From: Lepidodermella squamata
Taxonomy: Eukaryota; Animalia; Gastrotricha
Length of the DNA stretch: 64,000 nucleotides
NCBI GenBank assembly: GCA_047495785.1
Contig: JBLDXI010000021.1
Span: 806,001 to 870,000, forward strand
Direction of reading: 5' to 3'
Shown in pieces: positions 34,867-46,700 of the stretch (the first letter of the stretch is position 1; each line of letters starts with the position of its first letter). The notes beneath the pieces were generated by a model. The model did not search any database. It had not been told where the DNA came from and saw only the letters and a list, made by a program, of their open reading frames with translations. Made by a program: the position numbers and the translations under genes.

Positions 34867-37053
34867 TCATTCTGAACCACCGAGTTGGCTTGCAAGCACT
34901 TCGACGTCCGAGACGTCGAGCGGGTCGATTTTTCGCTGGAAATGCGACTCGATCGCGCGGATATGCTCCATTTCAGCGAAGTGAGAAATCAAATTCAGGG
35001 CAAGGCCCACGCGGCCGAAACGCCCAGTCCGCCCGATGCGGTGGAGATACGTGTCGAAATCGACTCGGCGCGATTTCATGTCGATGGGTAGATCGTAGTT
35101 GACGACCACGGTGACCTGTTCGATGTCGATACCACGAGCCGCGACGTTGGTCGTGATTAGCACTCGCTCTCGGGCCTCGCGGAATCGCTCGATGATATTC
35201 GCTCGCTGTTCGACGGTCAAACCACCGTGCAATAAACCAACCTGATGACCGTCCTTGCTCATTTTCCCAGCGAGCCAATCGGCACAATTACGGCGCTGAA
35301 AAATGTAGGAAGTTGCAAAAACAAAGCAATAACACCTTCAAAATAAGCTTTGTATGAAGAAACAGCCGCCTTAATTTACGGTAATCTAAAACCATGAAAT
35401 GCTGTTATGAATAGCTTCCATGCGGAACGATTGCCGGGCTCTGGTGTTAAAAATAAATGTTGATTACTCACCTCACAGAAAATCATGGATTGGCCGACAG
35501 TTATCGATCCGTAAATCGCACAGATTGCGTTGTATTTTTCCTCGTCATTCGCGCATTTTACCACGAATTGTTTCACGTTGTCAAGAGAAAGCTCTTCACG
35601 CTTCAGTTTGATGATATCTGCGCTAGGGACCATTTTCTGAGCGAAGTCGAAGACCTCATCGTCATAGGTGGCTGAAAACAAAAGAAGCTGGCAGCTCGGA
35701 GCAAGACGCCTTAAAATGAGAAAATATTAATCCTCCTCAAAATAATTAGGCCAATATTTTTACGTTTTAATGCGGAATGAAGAATCTCGATGACCTTGCA
35801 TGGCAATCATGACGTCAGCTTCGTCCAGGACAAAGACAACAAGCTTAGTCAAGTCCAATTTTCTCAGCTTCAAGCCCCAGTCCATAACGGTACCAGGGGT
35901 TCCGATGATGACCTGACTTGTGATAGGACCGCCGTCGCTACCAGGTCCGCTAGTATTGGAGCCTCGAACAGCGTAGCCGACGCTCAAACCCGTCATGTAG
36001 CGACTCATCTCCTCGGTAACTGCGCCGATTTGAAGGGCCAATTCGTAGGTGGGAGCGATGCAAAGGGCCTGGGGATAATTCTTATTCACATCGACGCGCA
36101 TGAGCATTGTCAAAACGAAAGCCGCGGTTTTACCGGTACCACTTTGCGACTGAGCAATCAAATTGTGACGGGGACTGAAAATACATAGAAATAGGATTAA
36201 CGCATAATCAAACCATTCAGAACTCACTTGTCAGATAAAAGAATGGGGAGAGCAGTTTCCTGAATTCTGGACGGATAGCGAAAACCCATAGCGTAGATAC
36301 CTTGCAATACTTCAGGTTTCCTGGAAAAAATTTGATTCACTAATTGGTATGACGGATTTATAAGACTTACAAATTGAGCTCTTCGAAAGATTTGACGGAA
36401 TGAAGCGGTGAATTAGGATCGCTGCGAATGACCTCCAAATCTGCTTTAGTCTTGATAAGGCCCATTTTTCGATGAAGAGCCTTGGAAATCAAAGAAGCCT
36501 CATCAGGTCTATGCTCCTCTTCACTGCCCGGCTGGAAAGACGGAGGTCCATTATCGTTCGATGGCTGGCGTTGAACAGGCTGCTGCTGCTGCTGCTGCTG
36601 CTGTTGGTATGATGGACTCTCATTAGAAGGTTGACGCTGTGGGGGAGCGTTGTTCCTCGGAGGTGGCTGTTGAGCCTGAGGGGGCTGAGGAATTCCATCA
36701 GCAAGTGCCGGATCCCAAGTGTCAATTTTCAATTCTTGGTTGGATTGATTCGGCCTTTGCGGCGGAGGTGAGTTGCCCCAATCTTCATCTTCTGGCGCCC
36801 TACCCGGCGCCTGGGTGGGCGGTTTGAACATCACCCTAGCGCCTGCTCCTCGCCCGAGACCGGCCGATGGCGGCTGCTGGCCACCTGATTGAGATCCGAA
36901 TGAAAAATTCTTAGCTGCATCGTTTATCGCCTGGTTCTGATTGTTTGAACTCTGATTGGATGCGGGCTTGTTGGGGTCGAAAGAAAACTGGTTTTGACCC
37001 GGGTTCTGCGAGCCATTGTCTCCCCGCGAGGCGACTGCCCAAGGCGAAGTCAT
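34867..37053 (-). CDS. DDX19: DEAD-box helicase DDX19/Dbp5, multi-exon
   Basis: PNSPLHSVKSFEELNL, AQSQSGTGKT, PTYELALQ, DEAD, FSAT, ARGIDIEQV and HRIGRTGRFG motifs. Confidence 0.95.
35301..35437 (-). ncRNA. Candidate H/ACA snoRNA in the last DDX19 intron (35296-35471)
   Basis: Hairpin cggcaatcgttccgcatg...catggttttagattaccg, H-box AAATTA, second hairpin cttca...tgaag and ACA-ttt next to the acceptor; the intron is ~3x the local typical size. Confidence 0.6.
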
Positions 37054-37891
37054 TTTATCACAATTTCCTATAAAATTCTGATCATATTTTCAATTCAAAC
37101 ATTATTTCAGACCATTGCATTTTCTCGTCTCTCTTGAGCTAAACCATTAAAAAAATTCATTTCAAACCCTAGTCCACCTGAATTTTACGCTGACAATGCA
37201 ATTTGTAGTTCCATTTCACTACAGCAATGCATTCACGCACGAAAAGGTACAAGAGTTTATATTAAACCGCCGAGAGTGAGGTTAAATTTCTCATCAGCCA
37301 ATGAAAGCTACACTTGAATTGACGGCGCAGTCGTTTGCTGGAGTATAAATAATCTCATAATAGATCTAAAACAGACACATCATTAATGGTTAATTCAAAA
37401 TTCTCAACAAATTATAATGGCTTTCTATGATATACGTGACATTTTAGGGCGCGTTATAATAAAATACCAGGTTTGTACAAAAGTGTTTGTCGAGTTTTAA
37501 AGCAGTTCAGCGACATATCACTACTCCACATACCACACAACGATTGATAGAGACTAACTACCGTGAGTGGATGACCGGAAAAAATCGTCATTTTGCGTTA
37601 ATACTGCTTTCATACAACTAAGTTATTACTGAACGTGAACTAAAAGCAGGTAGCATTGTCTGACGACGAACATAACACGTAGAACTCTTTTCAAAGTGGA
37701 AATTCGGCAATTAATGGAGCGCGAAAAAAGTGATCGATTGCAATTGATTCACAACAATCAAATTATTGTGTAAAGGGAGGATCACCTGCGCGACTAGCGC
37801 AAAGTTTCATTGTTTTATTTGAGTTATTCTTTATTTCAAATGGGGCCAATCGATCCGTATTGCGTAATGGCTCGATCTGCTTCGTTGAAAT

Positions 37892-39350
37892 CTACTTTGG
37901 TGATCCAGATGAGATTGCGTATTTTCGTTTTCCATTTTCATTCAGAACGGCGATGTGCTGTAAATAAAAGCCAATATTTTTTAGTCAAACATTGAATTAC
38001 TTCAAATTACAACCAGTTAATCGATTTTCACTAATAATGGAACTTACGCCCAGGTCACGGAAATATTCGTTGTAATCGAGTGCGTAACCAACAACAAACG
38101 CATCGGGAACGGAGAAAGCGATATCTGATCGCCAGTTATTGATTGTAGGAAACAGGGGAAGAGGGAGAAAATTTGATATTATTAATATTGCAATGCGAGA
38201 GTGTATTGATACACGCACGCATGTCTTATATTGCAACACATCAAATACAAAAGAAGCGTTGCAAATTATTTTTGGGACGATTAGGGTGGAATGCAGTCAA
38301 AAAGTGCAATTTTTAGAAACGTTCAACCGAAAACCTACCCGCATATCGCGGAAGAATTCATTGTAATCAATCGCGTAGCCTATGATCCATTCATTAGGCA
38401 CTTCAAATCCGAGGACTAGAGAGAGATAAATAATGAAAATCGAGGATTTAATTTTTATAGCAATAACAAATTCGCGGCAAATATTTCATCGCTTCTCAAG
38501 TTAACAAGACATGCGTGCGATTAGAAAATTAGTAAAACTTACAATCAGGACGATAACCGGAACTATTCGGAGTTCGCTTCAGCAGCAGTCTGTAACCGAA
38601 ATACGTCGGTAGAGAAATCTTGGATGATATTAAAGCTTACGTGGCAACTTTCACGCATCTTGGTTTGTAAGTCCCAAGAAGTTCCAAAAGCTTTTCCATA
38701 GTTCGACCAGTGTCTGTTAGACAGTTACATTAGATGAAATGGATACTTCTAAATTTCCATCGTACCGATAATATCTTCAACAACCAAGACATTCTGTAGT
38801 TAAACAACTTTGTTACATCTGAGTAATTATAAAGCAGCCTCAAACCTTGCCCTTCAAACTGCGAAGCTCATCAGCACCAATTATTTCCATAGTTTTCGAT
38901 TCCTCGTTCTTAAAACAAATTCAACAGAACATTAAACGTTTAAATAATCCATACTACTTACCACATATGACTTCATCCGAATGAAGTCTATGGAAATCGG
39001 GAAGCAAATGCCTGAACCCTGGCAAACGTCGCGAATTTTATCGAGCAGATCGGAGAAAAACTTGTAGCCGCCCTTTAAGACACAAAGTACTGAGAGAGGC
39101 TGGCTACCGAACTCTTGTACGATGTCTCGAGCGAGACGTTCAATTCTGTCACCAACAAGGCCATGAGGAACCATTATGTATTTGATATCATCTTCGTAAT
39201 GCTTTGGAACGCTAAGACAATCGACGGGGTACCCAGGAAAATCATCAGGAATCTGTAAATCATCTGTAATGAACCAGGAATTCACAATCCAGCGAAACAA
39301 CTTACCACTACACAATTGTTATACACTGACTTTTGGCCGTTTTGCGACAT
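37892..39350 (-). CDS. HPRT1: Hypoxanthine-guanine phosphoribosyltransferase, copy B, with two alternative 77-nt exons (38415-38339 and 38124-38048)
   Basis: [44 protein letters not shown] and [13 protein letters not shown] motifs assembled across GT-AG introns. Confidence 0.92.
38214..38519. promoter_or_regulatory. Intronic complementary elements (candidate splicing docking/selector pair) flanking HPRT exon 7a
   Basis: cgcacgcatgtctt (38214-38227) is the exact reverse complement of aagacatgcgtgcg (38506-38519); a second nested pair agaagcg (~38252) / cgcttct (~38490) is also present. Confidence 0.7.
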
Positions 39351-39558
39351 TTTTGAATTGACAACTATTAAATATATTAATTATTTCTATAAATGACATC
39401 AAATTTTAAGAAGAATGACAATAACAATTATTGGATAAATAAATGCTGAGGTTGAAATCACGAAGTTAAATACAAATTTAGCATCATGTCACTCTAAGAG
39501 CAAGCTTTCTGAGTCCAATCTCGGAAGACCGCTGAAAGTAATTGGCGTACATTGCGTT

Positions 39559-40706
39559 TCAGTCGTCGGCTGAAGAGGACGTTATTGCGTATTTTTGCTT
39601 GCCATTTTCGCTCAAAACTCCAATATGCTTGGATCGAAACGAATAAAATAAATGGCGGGAAATTGAAAGACTAGAATACCCTCATATCCCTAAACACTTC
39701 GTTGTAGTCAAATGCATCTCCGGATATCCATACATTGGGAATTTCAAAGCCCAGAACTAATAAGCAAAGTTAATTATGAACTGAATCAGGCTAGAATACT
39801 CACAATCGGGCCGAAATCCCGAGCTAAGAGGATTACGCTTCAGGAGCAATCTAAAAGTAACGCGTGCTCTCGTCAATAATAGAAAGGATGGTCATTTGTC
39901 TCACGAGGCAACTTTGACGGAACGAGGATGATGTTCATTCAGAAGTTCAACCAGTTTATCCATGGTTTTTCCTAAAATTTGCAATTGAAACCTCAACTAT
40001 AAATATGCTAGAGCTCAGACCGGAATCAATAACATCTTCCACAACCAGGACATTCTAAAGATATCAACAACTTGAATTTACCAGAAAAAACTCGTGTCAA
40101 AAAATACCTTGTCTTTCACGTACTTCAGCGACTCAGCGCCAATAACTTCCATTGACTTGGACTCATTGTTCTAAATTAAATTCAGTGATTTCTCGTGTGC
40201 TCATTCCAAGGTACGAACCACGTAAGATTTCATGCGGATGAACTCGATACTCAGCGTTGGTCTAATGCCTTTAGCAGCACATAGATCTCTAACATTTGTA
40301 ATAAGGTCCGTGAAGAACTTGTAGGCTCCCCGCAGGACGCAGAGAAGAGTTAATGGTTCGGTTCCGTAGTGCTCAACAACATCATGAGCCATGCATAAAA
40401 TACGATCTTGAGCAAGTCCATAGGGAATGAGAATTCTATCAAAATCTTCTCTGTAATGCTTAGGAACGAATAATGAATTGACAGGATAGCCGGGATCGTT
40501 GTCATTGATCTAAACACGTAATTTACTCGGAAGGTGAGCATTCGAGAGCGAGAAACTGTACCTACCACAATGTAATTACTGGGGCCACAAGAGTTATCCA
40601 TTTTGTCCACAAGATCGCAGTGACCACTATTCCCAACACAACTTTGCTCCGAGCGACTATCAGAGAATGTCAAACTAATAAATATTAATATAAAAAATGT
40701 TTTCAT
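39559..40706 (-). CDS. HPRT-family paralog, copy A, multi-exon (start at 40706 or 40601)
   Basis: [33 protein letters not shown] and FEIPNVWISGDAFDYNEVFRDMR motifs; exon layout nearly the same as copy B. Confidence 0.88.
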
Positions 40707-41700
40707 GAGTATTCTATTAGCGGGCGTTTCTAGCTACCCCACTTCTCCAATATGAAATTCAGCCTAAGAATATATTCCTAGAGTTAGTAATCATAAAATA
40801 CATAATCAAACATCTGTGGTATTCAGCAATGACGAAGTATGAGTGGTGCAGTTTGCAGTGCTCATTCAAGGCTTGATTTTTGGAGCAGTAACAAGCAACG
40901 TTAACATAATACTATCGAAATTAATACTTGAGAAGGTACGAGTAACTAGGCCAAGAAACATAAGCGTTGATAAATGATAAAGAAAAAAGAACTACGCAAT
41001 CCCACTACGTCACTTGGTTCGAAGTCGACATTCAACATTCAACCATCACGATCGACCGCCCTTCACCGCGAGGAGCGCATGGCCGCCTTTTCCGCCCTCT
41101 TGCTCGAAAATGCAATACGCGCGCTTTTTCATTTGTTTGTCTCGTTAATTAAATAAAATTGATATACTTTGTATAAAAATGATATTATTAGTCGATCTGA
41201 TCGTGTGTGCAATTTGTTTGGCGGTAATTTTTTCAGGCGCGCGTGGTTTCGGCCTTACGCTTGTTCGCGTCCTTCGCTTCCCCCTCGGGTAATGCTGGTT
41301 GCAAGAAGCCCTTCTTGGCTTTGGATCAAGGGTTTTTGATCTTCGGTAACGCCTTTCATCGTTTTAATTGTTTCTCATGGTCTTTAACGCGGGATTTCGT
41401 CCCTAATTATTGCCCGGTGCACACGGGACATGGGGAAGTTGGCTGTAAGAGCGTCCCAAGACGCGGATCTTGGAAACTGTTCAGCATTCATCCGTGAAAA
41501 GTCATCCCTTCAAATGTTTCACCCATGCCGCTTTCTATTGTTGAAGTAATCTTGAGCTTTTAGTGGCGGCGCAACAAATTGCTGACTTACGATTTTCTCA
41601 TCCAGAATCCAGAGCCTCCTCATGTTGGCCATCGAAAATGCATATCACTGATTGTTTATATTTAGATAGTCATGAATCTTCCCTAACACAATATTTGCGC

Positions 41701-42621
41701 ATGAAATTATTCGGTTGGATTAAGGCCGTTATTGTGCTGAGTTTATTTCTGTTTTCGGTTTCATGGCTGTCGTATTCTATCGGATGCCTTAGTGATCCAG
41801 CGACATCTTCCAAGCAGAAGAAGGGATATGTACTGCCAGTGTTCGTCATTACTCCGACATATCAGCGACCTGAGCAGTTGGCTGAATTAACAAGATTAGG
41901 GCAGACGCTCGCGTTAGCCGGAGGAATTCATTGGATCGTGGTAGAAGACGCGAATGATACTTCTCCCAATGTTCTAAACATAATCACTCGCATGGAAAAT
42001 AGTCTCATTGGGACAACTCATTTGAATGCCGCAACGCCTGAAGTAGAGAAATTGGATCAATTTGAAGCACGTTGGAAGAAAGTTCGAGGTGTTCACCAGA
42101 GAAACACGGCGTTGAAATGGCTCCGCGAAAACAAAGGAAACTCAGATGGAATTGTTTATTTTGCCGATGATGATAACACATACGATATACGTTTATTTGA
42201 CAAAATGCGACATATTCGGCGCATCGGTGTATGGCCCGTCGGGCTAGTCGGTAAAATTCTTTACGAAGGTCCTATTTGCGACACCACAAAATCTGAAGTG
42301 TTGAGATGGAGGACAAATTTTCGTCCCGATCGATTTTGTGCTTGTGACATGGCTGGCTTTGCGATCAAACTACCTATCATTCTCAAACATCCCGAAGTTT
42401 ACTTTTCTCCCCGTCCGGGCATTGGAATGCTCGAGGCCGATTTTTTAACTCGTCTATTTTTCTACCCCGAGAAGAAACTCCCACAGCAAGCTCAAAGTTT
42501 GAAGCTACTCGAGCCCATTGTTTGCGACGAAATTCTAGTTTGGCATACGAGAACTTTACCTTCGGATCTTACCGCCGAGAAGAAGGTCAACTTGAAATTT
42601 CCAGCAGCTATTATTGTATGA
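41701..42621 (+). CDS. Beta-1,3-glucuronosyltransferase (GT43, B3GAT/GlcAT family)
   Basis: Type II transmembrane N-terminus; ITPTY, QLAELTRL, WIVVED, YFADDDNTYD, DMAGFA and LVWHTRT motifs. Confidence 0.92.
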   Translation: MKLFGWIKAVIVLSLFLFSVSWLSYSIGCLSDPATSSKQKKGYVLPVFVITPTYQRPEQLAELTRLGQTLALAGGIHWIVVEDANDTSPNVLNIITRMENSLIGTTHLNAATPEVEKLDQFEARWKKVRGVHQRNTALKWLRENKGNSDGIVYFADDDNTYDIRLFDKMRHIRRIGVWPVGLVGKILYEGPICDTTKSEVLRWRTNFRPDRFCACDMAGFAIKLPIILKHPEVYFSPRPGIGMLEADFLTRLFFYPEKKLPQQAQSLKLLEPIVCDEILVWHTRTLPSDLTAEKKVNLKFPAAIIV

Positions 42622-42761
42622 CGCTTCTTTCATCGCAATCCACTCTTGTCTTTTCACTTGGTTTTATATTTCAGTCAAACTTCCAAGCCATAGTTTTAAT
42701 AAAATTCTTTTGCATCGTTCAAGCTGTATTTTTTATTTATATCTAGAGTTTTTAATATTAA

Positions 42762-43653
42762 ATGGGGAAAAGAAAAAGCATTGATTATGCCAAGGAGGAA
42801 CAGGAGCAGCAGCAAGAAGAAGCCGCTGTGGAGAAACCAAAGTTGCTGAAGCATGTTTTTAAGAACGAAGAAGAAAAGCGACTGATTGTGGTATTAGATA
42901 ATGCATCGTTAGAAGTCGTTAAGGTATTGACTTAAAATCAATAATTGATCGAATTGAATTTAAATTTATTGCGAACTTTGCAGACAAACAAGGGATACGA
43001 GCTGCTAAACTGTGATCGTCATAAGCACCTTATGGGTAAACTTCATCGGGACCCTACGAAAGTGAGGCCCGACATCACTCATCAGTGTTTGCTCATGCTG
43101 TTTGATAGTCCGCTCAACAAAGCTAATTTGCTCCAAGTTTTCATTCGCACTGATAAAAACGTACTGATTCAAATCCATCCTCAAACGCGCGTCCCTCGCA
43201 CGTTCGATCGTTTCTGCGGCCTGATGGGTAAAATCTGACTATAATTGGCATTATAGGTTCTAAAGAGTGCTATTTTCAGTTCAGTTACTCCACAAACTGA
43301 GCGTGCAAGCTGCTGACAGTCCTGTTAAACTTTTGAAGGTCATCAAAAATCCAGTCACTGATCATTTTCCAGCTGGTTGCCGCAAAATTGGTGCATCATT
43401 TTCAGCCGGTCCTCCGGTAAATCCACGCACTTTAGTTCCAGCTACCAACGAACCAGTTGTTGTGGTAATCGGCGCCTTTGCTCATGGACAGGTAATTGCC
43501 ATCGGATCCAGTGTTATTGCCGATAATAATTTTTTATAGATTCAAGCTGATTATTGCGACCAAATGGCTTCGATCAGTAATTACGGTTTGTCAGCCGCAT
43601 TGGCATGCGCGAAGTTCTGCACCGCTTTTGAGGAAGTCTGGGGTGTACTCTGA
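42762..43653 (+). CDS. EMG1: 18S rRNA N1-pseudouridine methyltransferase NEP1, 4 exons
   Basis: LIVVLDNASLE, RPDITHQCLLMLFDSPLNKA, RVPRTFDRFCGLM and IGAFAHG motifs. Confidence 0.95.
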
Positions 43654-43761
43654 CCAACCAAAACCCATAGAACCTATAATAAATTGTTGGGATTTTCTAC
43701 GGAGGCAATAATGTTAAAACTTGTTCCGATAGATATTTTAATTGAAAACATCTGCTGAAAA

Positions 43762-46700
43762 ATGAGTATCGTGCAGAAGATTGCCGACCTTGAGGCTGAG
43801 GTAAGATGCATATTTTTTAAATTGATAATCTATAAATTGAAATGTTATAGATGAACCGAACTCAGCGAAACAAGGCAACCATGCACCATTTGGGTCTGCT
43901 GAAAGCTCGCTTAGCTAAACTGCGCCGCGAGCTAATCGAGCCCAAAGGTGGCTCTGGAGGCGGTGCTGGAGAAGGTTTCGATGTCGCGAAAACCGGTGAT
44001 GCTCGCGTCGGTTTCATCGGGTTTCCTTCGGTCGGCAAATCCACCTTAATGTCGAACTTGTCGGGTGTTTACTCCGAAGTCGCCGCCTACGAATTTACGA
44101 CTTTGACAACTGTTCCCGGTGTTATTCGATACAAAGGTGCTAAAATTCAGCTTCTTGATCTGCCGGGTATTATCGAAGGTGCTAAGGACGGTAAAGGTCG
44201 CGGTAAACAGGTTATTGCTGTCGCTCGAACCTGCAACTTGATTCTAATTGTTCTGGACGTTATGAGGCCTCTGGGACACAAAAATATGATTGAGCACGAG
44301 CTCGAAGGTTTCGGCATTCGTCTCAACAAGTCTCCCCCGAACATCACATTCCGACGAAAAGACAAGGGTGGCATTACCCTTTCGGCTATGGTACGTTGTT
44401 CTATTTCATTTATTCGATGTTCGTTACGTTATGATACTGATGCATAAAATTTCACACAATAGTTTGATTAGAATTAAAATCTCACACGCCAAAGGAAAAT
44501 GATGATTGCGAAAAAGTTACTACTGAATAAGCTCTTCATTATCTTGTCGCCTCCTGCGGCAAATCGGTACGGTTAGAAAAACAACTGTTGCAACAACCAG
44601 GGTTACCACCAGCGTGCTAGTGACTGCAATCGCGATGATAGCGCTTTCATCTAGACCAGCATTCGCAGGTTTCGCGAAGCATGCGGCTTTTTTATCGTCA
44701 AGCGATACTGGTTGCATGACCTTGATGTAGTTTTCGACCCAACAGGGCGAGCCGCAATCGCGAATATTCAGCGGCACCGGCGCGGTTTCTGTGTCATTTC
44801 GGTAGAACGCCTTGATGAAATATCGTTTCTCAGTCTTGTCATAGTGCATTTCGTTGAGGATAGCGGAACGGTAGGGTGGCCCCTTGCGGTTGAAGTCACC
44901 GTAAGCCGCCAAAAGCGTGCCAACAGTAGTGTCATGCGCTGAGTAGATCCAGTGCTTTTGAGGAATTAAGCCTTTTGTTCTAAAAAAATAAGCCTCCTTA
45001 ATAATTTCCAATCCACAAAATAGGCAAATTACTTGTTCATGAAAACTTGTTGTAAATTGTTGACCAACGCACCGCCAGCCCATTTAATCATTTCATCATT
45101 GGCCAGTTCTACGATAATCCAAATATCTTGCCAAAGCTCTAGCTTTTCGATGACTTCAGGCTTGTCCGTCATCCATTTAGGCAGTTCCAAATTCATAAGG
45201 CGCTCGACATGCACAGCATCGCACATTTTGCTTTGAATTTCTTTCAAATTGCCAGGCATAGACAGGTTTGCGTTCTGAGCGATGTAGTTCAGCAGGTCTT
45301 GATTATCTTTCTGGATTTCTTTCAGCTGCGGCGCGTTTGCCCAGACATCGTCCTGTAATTTCTCATAAGGTGGACAATTAATGTCGGTGATCAGCATGTA
45401 GTCTTCTGGTTGTGGGATAGTGTGAATAGGAATGGGTTGCCATAGTTTCCCTAAATCATTGTCGATCCATTGCTGGAATCCGCTTGGCGGGTACAAACCA
45501 GCTAAATGCGATTCAGCACTCTCCAAAGTCCTTGAATAAAAAAGTAAAAATAGGCTGAAAATTAATAAAACAAATTTACCTGTCGTAGTCAGTACTGCGA
45601 ACCCTTAAATCTTTTGGAGTGTAAGAATATTCCGACGTGTTCAAGAACGAATTGTAGCAATTTCGGAACCATTGCCCAAATTCATAGTGGTGTTGCATAC
45701 CCAGTTGAGTTAACTGACCGAAACCACCCCATTGGGCCCAAAAGTCAGCCTGGTAAGGGTCTGTAGGGTAGGTAGTGTAAGGCGTTCGATCACCATGACG
45801 AAAAACGACTAAGCTAAATTGCAACGTGCTGGAATCACCGACATCACCGCATAGCTCTGGGTCATCTAACGCAGCAAAACCGACGGTCGCAAAAACTAAG
45901 ACTAGACAGGAAATCCTAATCATTTTTGTTGCTCTAATAAAATTGTGCGGTGATGGTGAATTAAAAACTAGTCTTACTGCACAAATGTACTACTCGTGCG
46001 TTATCTCGTGTGTGTGTGCGTTTTTTGCTATCGTGTGTGCAGACAAGCTGATACAGAACACGCGAGTGTTTTTATCGCCCTCATGTTTCATTGATAATGC
46101 GCCCTTGATTACAGCTCGACTAACCCTTTTTTATCATCTCAATCAGGTGCCGCAATCGGAGCTTGATCTAGACACGGTCAAGGTCATCTTGAATGAATAC
46201 CGCATCCACAACGCTGATATCACCTTATGGGAGGACTACGCCGTCGAAGATTTGATCGACGTGATCGAAGGCAACCGCTCGTACATTCCGGCGATTTACT
46301 GCTTGAACAAAATCGACGCGATTTCGATTGAGGAGCTTGATGTTATTTACAAAATTCCAAACTGCTGCCCGCTTTCTGCTCAGCACAAGTGGAACTACGA
46401 CGATCTGCTTGAGATGATGTGGGAACGTCTTGATCTTGTCCGAATGTGAGTTATTTAGACTGAACCCAGCTTAATTTCTATTTTCATTTCACCTCAGCTA
46501 CACAAAGCCGAAAGGTGTCGCCCCGGATTACAACGCCCCTATTGTTTTACGGCGAGAAAAGCGGAGCATGGAACATCTTTGCAACAAGATTCACAAAACT
46601 TTGGTCAAAGAGTTCAAATAGTGAGTTCATGGTTTTTTTATACTTGACGGGTAATGATTGTTAATTTTATTCAGTGCGCTCATCTGGGGTTCTTCGGTCA

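Noticed and set aside
38048-38415. Duplicated HPRT exon as an assembly artefact or the tail of a third HPRT gene
   Set aside because: The two exons are strongly diverged yet both keep frame, length and splice sites, and only one set of flanking exons exists.
41563-41700. N-terminal extension of B3GAT from the ORF track
   Set aside because: Begins at GTG; Met 41701 gives the normal type II membrane topology and has an AG acceptor shortly upstream.
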